Shown in pieces: positions 55,001-63,828 of a stretch of 64,000 bases of DNA. Position 1 is the first letter of the stretch. Every line of letters begins with the position of its first letter. The stretch is from Minisyncoccia bacterium (GTDB lineage: Bacteria; Patescibacteriota; Minisyncoccia; Phycocordibacterales; UBA9973), in the NCBI GenBank assembly GCA_038249055.1, contig JBBRWS010000002.1:78118-142117 (forward strand), in the 5' to 3' direction. Position numbers and translations under genes: made by a program. A model generated the notes under the pieces. That model was not told the DNA's origin, made no database searches, and saw only the letters and a list, made by a program, of their open reading frames with translations.

Positions 55001-55548
55001 ACGATGAAGAGAGTGTACATTTATCAGGATGGCCTAAAAATGAAGAAAGTAAAAAAGAGGAAATAGAAAAAATTATTAAAGAAATGAGAGAGGTTAGAGA
55101 TGTCGTAACTCTTGGTTTGCAGGCAAGACAAAAAGTTGGTATTCCAGTACGACAACCACTTGGTGAATTACGAATTACAAACTATGATTTAAAAGAAGAA
55201 TATTTAGAAATTATTAAAGATGAGCTAAATGTTAAGATGGTAAAGTTTTTAGAAGATGTTGAACAAAAAATAGAATTGGATACATATATAACAGAGGATT
55301 TAAAAAATGAAGGTCAGTGTCGTGAACTATTAAGAAGTATTCAAGATATAAGAAAGAAAAATGGATTAAATCCAAATGATGTTATAATTCTTAGTATTGA
55401 TACGAATGTGTCTGGACAAGAATTAATAAATAAATTTAAAAAGGAAATAATGAAAGCAGTTAGTGCAAAAGAAATACAAATTGAAGAAAATAATGGAATA
55501 GAGATAAAAATTGATGAATTTGTATTTAAGGTTGTAGTAGAAAAATAA
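52096..55548 (+). CDS. ileS: Isoleucine--tRNA ligase with an inserted histidine-phosphatase (PGAM/SixA-like) domain
   Basis: HIGH-type motif PPTANGKPGIHHLE, editing-domain TTPWTLPGN, WAISRERYWGTPLPVW, KMSKS. Between WGTPLPVW and DVWLDSGS (about 60 aa in E. coli IleS) sits a roughly 200-aa insert carrying FIMRHGETECN and ILIITHGSPVWLM (approx. nt 53560-54150). Start at ATG 52096 (the track TTG at 52075). Confidence 0.9.
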   Translation: MDEKNPKTNSALREEEVLKFWKENEIFKKSLEKDSPKGEYVFYEGPPTANGKPGIHHLEARAFKDAIPRYKTMKGYHVGRKGGWDTHGLPVELQVEKKLGLSSKKAIEEYGVAKFNKECKESVWEYTDLWEKFTERIGFWVDQENPYVTYHNDYIESVWNVIKEANKQDLLYKDYKVVPWCPRCGTGLSSHELAQGYVDVKDLSIYAKFKIKGKENTYILAWTTTPWTLPGNVALAVGEKIMYVKVKAGEDFYILAESRYPFVSQEYQIVEKIKGEDLIGLQYEPLYPYLENIISDSEKPKLEKAYKIYNADFVTTEDGTGVVHTAVMYGQDDFELGNKIGLPKHHLVGLDGKFLAGTGFLEGRFVRDEEVAVDIIKDLAHRGFLFKKEKYEHSYPHCWRCKTALIYYARDSWYIRMSSLRDKLIKENENINWEPSHIKEGRFGEWLKDIKDWAISRERYWGTPLPVWSCLECKKMEVLGSIEDIKSKTKKSGNKYFIMRHGETECNIRGEVSDTVNNDDKLTKLGREQVLNSVKGLKKKNIDLIIISPFVRTKETVDILALEMDFNKDNILFDDRLHEMSVPMYEGKKWEDYHNDYPKSVENFYKAPEGNESYEDVRRRSMSFLYDIEKKYSGKNILIITHGSPVWLMFSEVNGLSTSESLGIIARDNSYCYLNNGEFIELPFVPVPHDENYKVDLHKPYIDEINLTCECGGELSRAKEVMDVWLDSGSMPFAQSHYPFEKKEIQYPADFISEAVDQTRGWFYTLHAVGVIMGRGNAYKNVICLGLLLDANGKKMSKSVGNVVDPWAMMDKYGVDTIRLWMYSVNQPGEPKNFDEKIISELHNKVFNLLYNVLAFYELYRDEKVENRKEKVESQNVLDQWILTRLDELIIITTINLDDYKLLEPVRAIREFIDDLSTWYLRRSRERIKEGDVEAKITLYNVFKILSKLMAPFAPFTAEDIWQKLRNEDDEESVHLSGWPKNEESKKEEIEKIIKEMREVRDVVTLGLQARQKVGIPVRQPLGELRITNYDLKEEYLEIIKDELNVKMVKFLEDVEQKIELDTYITEDLKNEGQCRELLRSIQDIRKKNGLNPNDVIILSIDTNVSGQELINKFKKEIMKAVSAKEIQIEENNGIEIKIDEFVFKVVVEK

Positions 55549-55579
55549 TATAAATTATTATTTATTAATTAATAAATAA

Positions 55580-56509
55580 ATGAGCATAAAAGATAAATCA
55601 TATGGTGTAATTCTTGTGCTTCGTAGAAATAAGGACGAAGATAAATTTTTAATATTACACCAAACTGAAGGTCATTGGGGTTTCCCGAAGGGTCATCTTG
55701 AAGTGGGTGAAAACCCTTATGAAGCTGCTCTTCGTGAATTAAAAGAGGAAGCTGGTATCTCTGATATAAAATTAGCAGATTTGCCGAGTTTAATAGAAAA
55801 ATATTCTTTTGAGAAAAATGGGAACCATTATGATAAAGTAGTTGAATATTTTATTGCGTTTACTAAAAATGATGAAGTAACTATTCAAGAATCCGAAATT
55901 CAAAATTATAAATGGGCAACATATGAAGAGGCGCTTGATACTTTAACATTCAATGAAGCAAAGGAATTTCTAAAAATAGCAAAAAAATATATTGACTTGA
56001 AAGGTATTAGTCATGAGTTGGCAGTAATAAATTTAAAAGGTGTTTCGCCTGAGGACTCTGATAAATTACCCATAGTGTACAAAGCTAAGGCAGTTGTAAT
56101 AAATTCGGATAATAAAATTATTTTAATTAATGTTGTTTCAAAAAATAAAATAAGCATTCCAGGTGGTAAAATGGAATATGGAGAAAATATTTATGAAACA
56201 TTAGCTCGTGAGTGCAAAGAAGAAATAGGTTATAATATTTCAATTGCTACATCCTTGGGTTATGCAAAATTATATCGAAAAAAATATATTTCAGTAACGT
56301 TTGTTTTTATTGTTAATACTGTTGGAGAACAGTCAACTCTCTCTTTAATGGAAGATGAAATATTTGAGGGGCATGAAGTTGTGCATAAAGACATAGATGA
56401 GGCATTGGAAGAGATTAATAATTATATTATAGACAATCCAATATCTGCTTTGACTCAAATAGCATTAAAAGAAGCTAAAAAATATATTAATTATGGAACA
56501 ACAAAATAA
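55580..56509 (+). CDS. Tandem (double) NUDIX-domain hydrolase
   Basis: Two Nudix boxes: GFPKGHLEVGENPYEAALRELKEEAGI and PGGKMEYGENIYETLARECKEEIGY. Confidence 0.7.
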   Translation: MSIKDKSYGVILVLRRNKDEDKFLILHQTEGHWGFPKGHLEVGENPYEAALRELKEEAGISDIKLADLPSLIEKYSFEKNGNHYDKVVEYFIAFTKNDEVTIQESEIQNYKWATYEEALDTLTFNEAKEFLKIAKKYIDLKGISHELAVINLKGVSPEDSDKLPIVYKAKAVVINSDNKIILINVVSKNKISIPGGKMEYGENIYETLARECKEEIGYNISIATSLGYAKLYRKKYISVTFVFIVNTVGEQSTLSLMEDEIFEGHEVVHKDIDEALEEINNYIIDNPISALTQIALKEAKKYINYGTTK

Positions 56510-57119
56510 AAAATTAGTCATATTTGATTTTGATGGGGTTCTTGTGAATACTCTTGAATTTTCATACGTTATTCATAAAGAAAAGAATCCTGATCTTACT
56601 TGGAAAAAATTTCAAGATTTTTCTAACGGCAATTTTATAGATGCGATTAAAAGTGCTGAAAGTGAAGGCGGTCACGTTATTCCTAGTAATTTTCAAGAAA
56701 AATATCAGGAACAAATGAAAGAAATTAATATTCATAAGACTTTACATGAAGCAATCTTGGCGTTAAGTGAAGAATATATAATTTCTATTGTCTCCTCAAC
56801 TCATAGTTATTTAATAGATGGTTTTTTAAAAAAAGAAAATCTAAGAGATTATTTTTCTGATATTTTAGGGACCGATGTTAGTAAAAGTAAAATTATTAAA
56901 ATAAATAGTTTACTTGAAAAATATAATATTTCACCAAACAATGCCGTGTTCATTACAGATTCACTAGGGGACATTTTGGAAGCAAATAATTGTGGGGTTA
57001 GATCTATCGGTGTAACTTGGGGAATTCATGGTAGGGAAAATTTAGAAAAAGGTAAACCAATAGCTATACTTGATAATCCAGAGAATTTATTGAGTACAAT
57101 AGATAATGTGTTAAAATAG
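56493..57119 (+). CDS. HAD-superfamily phosphatase (beta-PGM/phosphoglycolate-phosphatase-like subfamily)
   Basis: Motif I VIFDFDGVLVNT. C-terminal D…D motif. Overlaps the Nudix gene by 17 nt. Confidence 0.7.
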   Translation: MEQQNKKLVIFDFDGVLVNTLEFSYVIHKEKNPDLTWKKFQDFSNGNFIDAIKSAESEGGHVIPSNFQEKYQEQMKEINIHKTLHEAILALSEEYIISIVSSTHSYLIDGFLKKENLRDYFSDILGTDVSKSKIIKINSLLEKYNISPNNAVFITDSLGDILEANNCGVRSIGVTWGIHGRENLEKGKPIAILDNPENLLSTIDNVLK

Positions 57120-57155
57120 ATGTTAGTTATAATTTATTAAATAATTAAAAAATAT

Positions 57156-57728
57156 ATGAAAAGTCCAGAATTTGTTCCAGCAAGTGAAGAGATAAGAGAG
57201 GAAAAAGAGAGGCTTAATAAAGGAGACCCAAAAAGTGATAAAGAAGGAAGACCATTGAAACTTTTTATCCCAAAAGAAGAAATTCCAAACTCAGATATTG
57301 ATGAGGAAGAAAAAATAGTAGATGATATAGATACTAAAAATGTAGAAGAAATAAATGAAAAAATAAGTAGAGAAGAAAAGTTAAAACAACAAATAATAAA
57401 TGATTTAAAGAAAAATGAGAAAATTGGATTTTTACAAAATGATATAGGTGTTGCTCATGTTGGACCTGATTTTGATTATAAGAATCAATCACAAGAATTG
57501 ATTCCTGAGTCAGTAGAGTCTGAATCCGATAATCATCCCTACCGTAAGTCATGGAAACAATCATTTAGTGAATTATTTAAATATGGTAATTTACCAAGAA
57601 AAGATGAGAGAAATACAGGAAGAGAAAAAGATAATCTTAAAACCATGTCAGATTCTCAAAAAGAAAGAAACTCTCGTGAAAAAATTAAAGAAATTATTGA
57701 CAACCCAGAGAATTTTTCAAATAACTAA
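57156..57728 (+). CDS. Hypothetical acidic/low-complexity protein
   Basis: 190 aa rich in E/K/D/N. Confidence 0.35.
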   Translation: MKSPEFVPASEEIREEKERLNKGDPKSDKEGRPLKLFIPKEEIPNSDIDEEEKIVDDIDTKNVEEINEKISREEKLKQQIINDLKKNEKIGFLQNDIGVAHVGPDFDYKNQSQELIPESVESESDNHPYRKSWKQSFSELFKYGNLPRKDERNTGREKDNLKTMSDSQKERNSREKIKEIIDNPENFSNN

Positions 57729-57798
57729 TCACGAATAAATAAAACCCTATACTTTTTAGGGTTTTATTTATTTTATCTGAATGTGTTAAAATAGATGC

Positions 57799-57924
57799 AT
57801 GAATCCCGTTAGAAACCGCGGTCACGGTTATAATAGGAAAATTAATAAATCATTAAATTTAATTTAAACAATCTCGCATTTATTTGTAAAAATATTAATC
57901 GCGATCTGTTTCTAACGGGATGAA
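57799..57924 (+). repeat. Start-codon-overlapping inverted-repeat leader element, copy 3
   Basis: Arms ATCCCGTTAGAAAC (57803-57816) and GTTTCTAACGGGAT (57908-57921) form a perfect 14-bp IR. Direct repeat ATGAA at 57799-57803 and 57920-57924. Internal CCGCGGTCA shared with copy 1. TGTGTTAAAAT extended -10 just upstream. Right-arm ATG is the start of the hydrolase gene. Confidence 0.6.
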
Positions 57925-58486
57925 AAAAGTATTTATGATACATGGTTTTAAAGGAGAGCCTAATGGAGGTTGGCGACCTTGGCTTATGGGAGAACTCGCT
58001 CAAAATGAGATTTGGGCTTGTGCTTTACCTATGCCAACACCAGAATTCCCTGTAAAAGATGAATGGGTCAAAAAAATAAGTGAAGAAGTTAAAAGTCCTA
58101 ATGAAGAAATATTTTTGGTTGGACACTCATTGGGAGTGCCTGCAATTTTGCGATATTTAGAAACTTTACCCAAAGGTTCAAAAATTGGAGGATCTATATT
58201 TGTGTCAGGTCCCGTGTTTAAAAAGTTAGAAGGGGGTAATGAATATATAAAGATTTTTTTAAATGAACCTTTTGATTTTGAACATATAAAAAGTGTGTGT
58301 AAAAATTTTACAGTAATACATGGAGACGATGACCCAAATGTTCCAATATCTGATGCCAAATATTTAGCAGAAAATTTATCGAGGAATTTAATTCTAGTAC
58401 CTAACGGAAAACATTTAAATGGTTTAGCTGGAATATATAAATTACCACAAGCATTAGATTCATTATTAAAAATGATTAATACCTAA
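57920..58486 (+). CDS. Alpha/beta serine hydrolase of the YdeN/RBBP9 family
   Basis: MKKVFMIHGFKGEPNGGWRPWL N-terminus and nucleophile elbow VGHSLG. Confidence 0.6.
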   Translation: MKKVFMIHGFKGEPNGGWRPWLMGELAQNEIWACALPMPTPEFPVKDEWVKKISEEVKSPNEEIFLVGHSLGVPAILRYLETLPKGSKIGGSIFVSGPVFKKLEGGNEYIKIFLNEPFDFEHIKSVCKNFTVIHGDDDPNVPISDAKYLAENLSRNLILVPNGKHLNGLAGIYKLPQALDSLLKMINT

Positions 58487-58520
58487 TCACTAAAACCTAG
58501 TCACTAGTAAATAATTTTAT

Positions 58521-59105
58521 ATGCATCATATCTATCACATTCATGGATTTATTCTCTCATCTCGTAATACGGGAGAAGCAAATAAAATGCTTACAATTTA
58601 TACTCGTGAGATGGGTCTTGTTCGTGCTATTGCTCAAGGAATAAGATTAAATAAATCAAAACTTAAATTTACCTTGCAAGATTTTTCTTACGCTAAAATT
58701 GATTTAGTAAGAGGCAAAGAAATATGGAGAGTTACTTCAGCTAAACATATTTCTTCTTTTCCTTTGGCTCGCAGCAATTCACAATCTCTTCTTTTGGTTG
58801 CCAGAGTAAATAAATTAATAGAACGTTTATGTGATGGAGAATTTCCTCATAAGGATATTTTTGATGATTTTATACAAGCGTTGTATTTATTGGATGATGA
58901 AAATATTACACCTACATCTCGAGAAGCATTAGAACTCCACCTTGTTCTTCGTCTTATGAATAGCCTCGGTTATATAGGGGACTCAGAGATATTGGCAAAA
59001 TATCTAACTTCTTCTTTTGATTATAGTAATACTGAATCACTTCTAAGAGAGCGCCAGTCTATAATTTCGCATATAAATAAGGCTTTAAATGAAAGTCAAT
59101 TATAA
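58521..59105 (+). CDS. recO: DNA repair protein RecO (short form)
   Basis: N-terminal OB-fold pattern …IHGFILSSRNTGEANKMLTIYTREMGLVRAIAQGIR…WRVTSAK…. Confidence 0.6.
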   Translation: MHHIYHIHGFILSSRNTGEANKMLTIYTREMGLVRAIAQGIRLNKSKLKFTLQDFSYAKIDLVRGKEIWRVTSAKHISSFPLARSNSQSLLLVARVNKLIERLCDGEFPHKDIFDDFIQALYLLDDENITPTSREALELHLVLRLMNSLGYIGDSEILAKYLTSSFDYSNTESLLRERQSIISHINKALNESQL

Positions 59106-59129
59106 GGTTTTTATGATATAATATAACCT

Positions 59130-61028
59130 ATGCTAGAAGATAATAAAAATAAAATTGAAGATATCAAAAGAAATCTTTATGATCCAAATGATAAATCCAC
59201 AGGCCATCAAAGAGAAGGAATTCTGCATCAGGTAAATCATAAAGTCAAAGAAGAGTGGCAGAGTGATGAGATTAAATCTTCAGATACTATGAATAATAAA
59301 TTTAAAAAACCACCGGTATCTATTTTTAAAAAGTTTTTTTATGTATCAATTATTTTTTTTATAGTGGCACTCGGAATTGCTTTTTATAAATTCTCAAATA
59401 ATGATGTTTCTGTTTCCAGTGAAAAGATTAATATAGAGGTTATTGGTAATGCTTTTACAAAGGGAGGGGAGGAGTTACCATTACAGATTGAAATTACAAA
59501 TAATAATAATGCACTCCTCGAGCTCTCGAATCTAGTTATAGAATATCCAAAAGGAGCAGGAGATAGTGCTACTGATGTTATTCGTTTACCAAAGGATCCT
59601 ATTGGTTCAATAAAACCTGGGGAAAGTATAATAAGAAATATTACTGTTAAACTTTTTGGGGAAGAAAAGTCTATTAGAAATATAAAAATTAGCTTAGAAT
59701 ATCATCCTGAGGGATCAAATGCAATCTTTATAAAAGATAAATTTTATCCCGTTACAATAAGTTTAGCTCCACTTTCTCTTAATATAGAGGCTCCTAAAAG
59801 TACAACTTCAAATCAGCAGATTTCTTTTAAAATTATAGCAACTCTGAATACTTCTTTACCTGATGAAAATCCTGTTTTACAATTAACATATCCGAATAAT
59901 TTTGTATTTGATAGTGCAACACCAATTCCATCTCTTGGAAATTCTATTTGGGATATTTCATCTTTAACCGTTGCCAATCCAATATCAATTGAAGTTAGAG
60001 GGCGTTTAATCGGACAAGATGGGGAGGAACAAGTGTTCCACGCCTACGCTGGTACGACAAGTGGAACAAATCAATCAATAGTAAATGTTATTTATAGTTC
60101 TATTTTACAAAAAATTTCAATAATAAAACCATTCTTAGAAGCAAACATATTAGTTAATGGTCAGGATAAGACTGAATATTCAGTTTCAGGAGGAGAAAGT
60201 GTTAATGCCGAAATAGCTTGGGCAAATAATCTAACGACCAGGATAACAGACGGTCAAATAATTGCTAGTTTGTCAGGTAATGTTTTTGATAAAAGTACAG
60301 TAAATTCATTTAATGGTTTTTATGATTCGGCAAATAATCAAATCATATGGGATAAAAATTCAGTTTCAGAATTAGCAGAAATAAATCCGGGGGAAAGAGG
60401 AACTGTATCATTTAGTTTTAAACCGTTATCATTAATTGGATTATCTTATATTAAAAATCCACAAGTTTCTATTAAAGTTAGTATTCGTGGAAGAGAGCCA
60501 CTTTTAGGTTCTACTTATAATGATATAAATAATTTTTCAGAAAAAATAGTAAAAGTATTATCTGATTTTCAAATTGCTTCATCTGCAACTTATTCTGCAG
60601 GAAGTATGCCTCCAAAAGCAGAGACTGAAACAAAATATATTGTAACTTGGAATCTTTCAAATTCTGCAAATAATATAAGCCAGGCTCAAGCGCGTTCTTC
60701 TTTGCCTATTTATGTAAACTGGGGAGGAATAACGCAAGGAGAAAGTGAAAATATAATTTATAATGAGGTTACTCGTGAGGTTACTTGGAATATAGGAGGA
60801 GTTCGTCCAAACACAGGAATAGATTCAACAAGAGAAGTATCTTTCTTTATTAATTTAAAGCCATCATTATCTCAAGTTGGAAGTGTGCCTCAATTAATGA
60901 AAGAAATTTATTTAACCGGAACAGATTCATTTTCAAATACTACAATTAAGAGTACGCGTGGGCCAATTAATACTGCATTAACTGATGATCCTAATTTTTT
61001 GCCTATTAATGGAAGAGTTGTTCAATAA
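59130..61028 (+). CDS. Large hypothetical membrane-anchored protein (single TM after about 70 aa, about 550-aa extracytoplasmic beta-rich domain)
   Basis: TM FFYVSIIFFIVALGIAFY. No catalytic motif. Confidence 0.45.
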   Translation: MLEDNKNKIEDIKRNLYDPNDKSTGHQREGILHQVNHKVKEEWQSDEIKSSDTMNNKFKKPPVSIFKKFFYVSIIFFIVALGIAFYKFSNNDVSVSSEKINIEVIGNAFTKGGEELPLQIEITNNNNALLELSNLVIEYPKGAGDSATDVIRLPKDPIGSIKPGESIIRNITVKLFGEEKSIRNIKISLEYHPEGSNAIFIKDKFYPVTISLAPLSLNIEAPKSTTSNQQISFKIIATLNTSLPDENPVLQLTYPNNFVFDSATPIPSLGNSIWDISSLTVANPISIEVRGRLIGQDGEEQVFHAYAGTTSGTNQSIVNVIYSSILQKISIIKPFLEANILVNGQDKTEYSVSGGESVNAEIAWANNLTTRITDGQIIASLSGNVFDKSTVNSFNGFYDSANNQIIWDKNSVSELAEINPGERGTVSFSFKPLSLIGLSYIKNPQVSIKVSIRGREPLLGSTYNDINNFSEKIVKVLSDFQIASSATYSAGSMPPKAETETKYIVTWNLSNSANNISQAQARSSLPIYVNWGGITQGESENIIYNEVTREVTWNIGGVRPNTGIDSTREVSFFINLKPSLSQVGSVPQLMKEIYLTGTDSFSNTTIKSTRGPINTALTDDPNFLPINGRVVQ

Positions 61029-61051
61029 TTATAAATTAATAAAAAAATCAA

Positions 61052-62431
61052 ATGCAAGAAAAAGATGAAAATTTAATGGAGAAAATAATATCACTTTGCA
61101 AAAGAAGAGGGTTTATTTATCCAGGGTCAGAAATATACGGAGGACTTGCAGGAACATATGATTATGGTCCACTCGGATCATTGCTTAAAAAAAATATTGA
61201 AGATTCATGGACAGACTATTTTGTAAAAAGTAGAGAAAATATTTATTTAATAGATACTCCTATTTTAATGCATCCAAAAGTTTGGGAAGCATCAGGTCAT
61301 ACTAGTGAATTTATTGATCCTCTTGTTGATGATCTTGTTACAAAGAAACGTTATAGAGCTGATCATTTACTAGAAGAAAATGGAGTAAATGTTGAGAAAT
61401 TAACCATAGATGAAATGGATAAGAAAATTAAAGAGCTTGGGTTAAAGAGCCCCGACGGAAATCCATTTTCTGATGTCCGTAGATTTAATCTTATGCTTGA
61501 AACAAAAATGGGGGCAGTCGAAGAAACAGCGGTAACTACATTTTTAAGACCGGAAGAAGCTCAAAGTATGTTTATTAATTTCAAAAATGTATTACAATCT
61601 GTATCCCCAAAAGTTCCATTTGGAATAGCTCAGATTGGTAAAGCATTCCGCAATGAAATAACTCCAAGGGATTTTACTTATAGATTGCGCGAATTTGAAA
61701 TAATGGAATTTGAATATTTTATTCACCCATCTTCTCCTTGGGAAGCTTATTTTGATAATTTTTTATTAGAGCAAAAAGATTGGCTTTCAAAAATAGGAGT
61801 TGATACAGCGAAACTACATCCACTTGAACACCCAGAAACAGCTCGAGCACATTACAGTAAAAAGACTGTAGATTTAGAATTTGAATATCCATTTGGAATA
61901 AAAGAACTCACAGGCCTTTCTCATAGAGGTGATTTTGATTTGAAGAGACATCAAGAGTTTTCGGGAGAATCAATGTGGATGTTAGATGATGCAACTGGAG
62001 AAAAATTTATACCTCATGTTATAGAGCCTACTATAAGCGTAGATAGGGCAATGCTTGCTACATTGTGTTCTTGCTATAGAGAAGATGGTGAAGGGGAAAA
62101 TATAAGAGTTTATTTAAAATTCCCTCCATCTGTTGCCCCCTATAAAGCTTGTGTGTCTCCACTTCTAAAAAATAAACCGGAACTAGTTTCTTATGCAAGA
62201 ACAATATTTACTGAATTAAAAAAGGAATTTGGATGGGTAGCATGGGATGATAATGGAAATATCGGTAAACGATACAGAAGACAAGACGAGATAGGAACTC
62301 CTTGGTGTGTTGTTATTGATTTTGATACTTTATCTGATGAATCAGTTACAATTCGTAACCGCGATACAGGATTACAAGAAAGAATAAAGAAAGAAGAAGT
62401 TATTGCTTATATAAACGATAGAATGAATTAA
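61052..62431 (+). CDS. glyQS: Glycine--tRNA ligase (alpha2 dimeric type)
   Basis: …RRGFIYPGSEIYGGLAGTYDYGPLG… N-terminus and class II motifs. Confidence 0.85.
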   Translation: MQEKDENLMEKIISLCKRRGFIYPGSEIYGGLAGTYDYGPLGSLLKKNIEDSWTDYFVKSRENIYLIDTPILMHPKVWEASGHTSEFIDPLVDDLVTKKRYRADHLLEENGVNVEKLTIDEMDKKIKELGLKSPDGNPFSDVRRFNLMLETKMGAVEETAVTTFLRPEEAQSMFINFKNVLQSVSPKVPFGIAQIGKAFRNEITPRDFTYRLREFEIMEFEYFIHPSSPWEAYFDNFLLEQKDWLSKIGVDTAKLHPLEHPETARAHYSKKTVDLEFEYPFGIKELTGLSHRGDFDLKRHQEFSGESMWMLDDATGEKFIPHVIEPTISVDRAMLATLCSCYREDGEGENIRVYLKFPPSVAPYKACVSPLLKNKPELVSYARTIFTELKKEFGWVAWDDNGNIGKRYRRQDEIGTPWCVVIDFDTLSDESVTIRNRDTGLQERIKKEEVIAYINDRMN

Positions 62432-62437
62432 AAATAT

Positions 62438-62674
62438 ATGGAAAATTTTAAAAAAGAAAATATTAGAGTAGAAATTAATGAAAAAACAGAAATAAATTCC
62501 GAAATGTCAAAAATCGAACAAAAGATTAGGGATGTTGAAGAATTGGGAGGAAGAATAAGAGAGATGTATAATAATGAAGAAATTTCAAAAGAAGCACAGG
62601 ATTTTTTAATAAAACTTGATCAGATAAAAAATGGTTATTCTATCAAAATGGAAAAATCAAAAAATGGACAATAA
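62438..62674 (+). CDS. Hypothetical small coiled-coil protein
   Basis: 78-aa charged ORF. Confidence 0.35.
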   Translation: MENFKKENIRVEINEKTEINSEMSKIEQKIRDVEELGGRIREMYNNEEISKEAQDFLIKLDQIKNGYSIKMEKSKNGQ

Positions 62675-62712
62675 CATTTCCCCTTGGATTATACCCAAGG
62701 GGAAATGTTTTA
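62673..62712 (+). terminator. Rho-independent terminator (AACATTTCCCCTTGGATTATACCCAAGGGGAAATGTT + TT)
   Basis: 14-bp stem directly after the stop codon. Confidence 0.55.
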
Positions 62713-62732
62713 ATATATGCTAATATTTAAAT

Positions 62733-63776
62733 ATGGAAAAATTTATTGGTCCAGGTATTAAAAATATAAAAGATGGAGATTTGGATACATTTAAAGAGGA
62801 GCGTATTTTGTCTGGGAAAGAAAAACATCAAGCTGAAATGGAAAAGACCCAAGAAGAAGAGAAAATGCTAACTCAGTTGGTAGGTTTTTTGAATACTGAA
62901 ATGGAGAGTCTTGGTTTGCCTATTTTTAATTTTCCACTTGAAAGATTACATCTATTGCCAAAACATTTTTATTGGCAACCTGGAGGATATACTGTTGGGT
63001 CTTATAATCCAGAAAAACATTCTATACAAACAGAAGTTAGTAGGTTGCGGTTGGATGATTCGGATAAAATAAAAGATAAAATACATAAATTAATACATTT
63101 AGCCCCAATATCTTTTTCCTCAGAAAAAGATAAAGATGCATCTATTCTTTTACATGAATTAATCCATGCAAGTAGTTTTGTAGGTTTCTTTGTAAAAGAA
63201 GATGGTGACATAAAAAACTACAGAAGTGGATATGATTATGGAGGAGTAAAAAAAGAATTAACAAAAAATGGAGATTATTTTAGAGGATTAAATGAGGCAA
63301 TCACTCAAAAAATAACAGAGGAACTTTTTTCTAAAAATATGGAAAAAATATTCAAATCTAAAGAAATTATAAATGCTGAGAAAAAAATATTAGGTTCACC
63401 AACCTATAAAGGTTATATAGATATTTTAAATACTATTATAAAAACTATTTCACAATTTGAATATAAAACTGAAGGTGAAATTTGGAAACGGATAGAGAAG
63501 GGGTATTTTACTGGTGAAATGATGCATTTGCGTAAAATTGAAGAAATATTTGGACCAGGTTCACTTCGTGTTTTGGCTGCTATGAATCCTACTACAATGT
63601 CAAATCTAGTTTTAGAAGATGGATCATTATTCATGAAATATTTTTCTTTTGATATAAATAAAGAAGAAAAGGAAAAAATAGCAGATGAAATTCTTACGGA
63701 TGAAGAAAATATAATAAGAAACAGTCACATAAATATCATTCAAAACTCCGAAAAAAGACGTGATAAATATTTATAA
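62733..63776 (+). CDS. Hypothetical protein with HExxH motif (possible zinc metallopeptidase)
   Basis: …ILLHELIHASSFVG…. Confidence 0.4.
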   Translation: MEKFIGPGIKNIKDGDLDTFKEERILSGKEKHQAEMEKTQEEEKMLTQLVGFLNTEMESLGLPIFNFPLERLHLLPKHFYWQPGGYTVGSYNPEKHSIQTEVSRLRLDDSDKIKDKIHKLIHLAPISFSSEKDKDASILLHELIHASSFVGFFVKEDGDIKNYRSGYDYGGVKKELTKNGDYFRGLNEAITQKITEELFSKNMEKIFKSKEIINAEKKILGSPTYKGYIDILNTIIKTISQFEYKTEGEIWKRIEKGYFTGEMMHLRKIEEIFGPGSLRVLAAMNPTTMSNLVLEDGSLFMKYFSFDINKEEKEKIADEILTDEENIIRNSHINIIQNSEKRRDKYL

Positions 63777-63828
63777 ATTAATTTTTTGTCAATTATTTAT
63801 TACTCTCAAAATATGATAGAATCACCTT

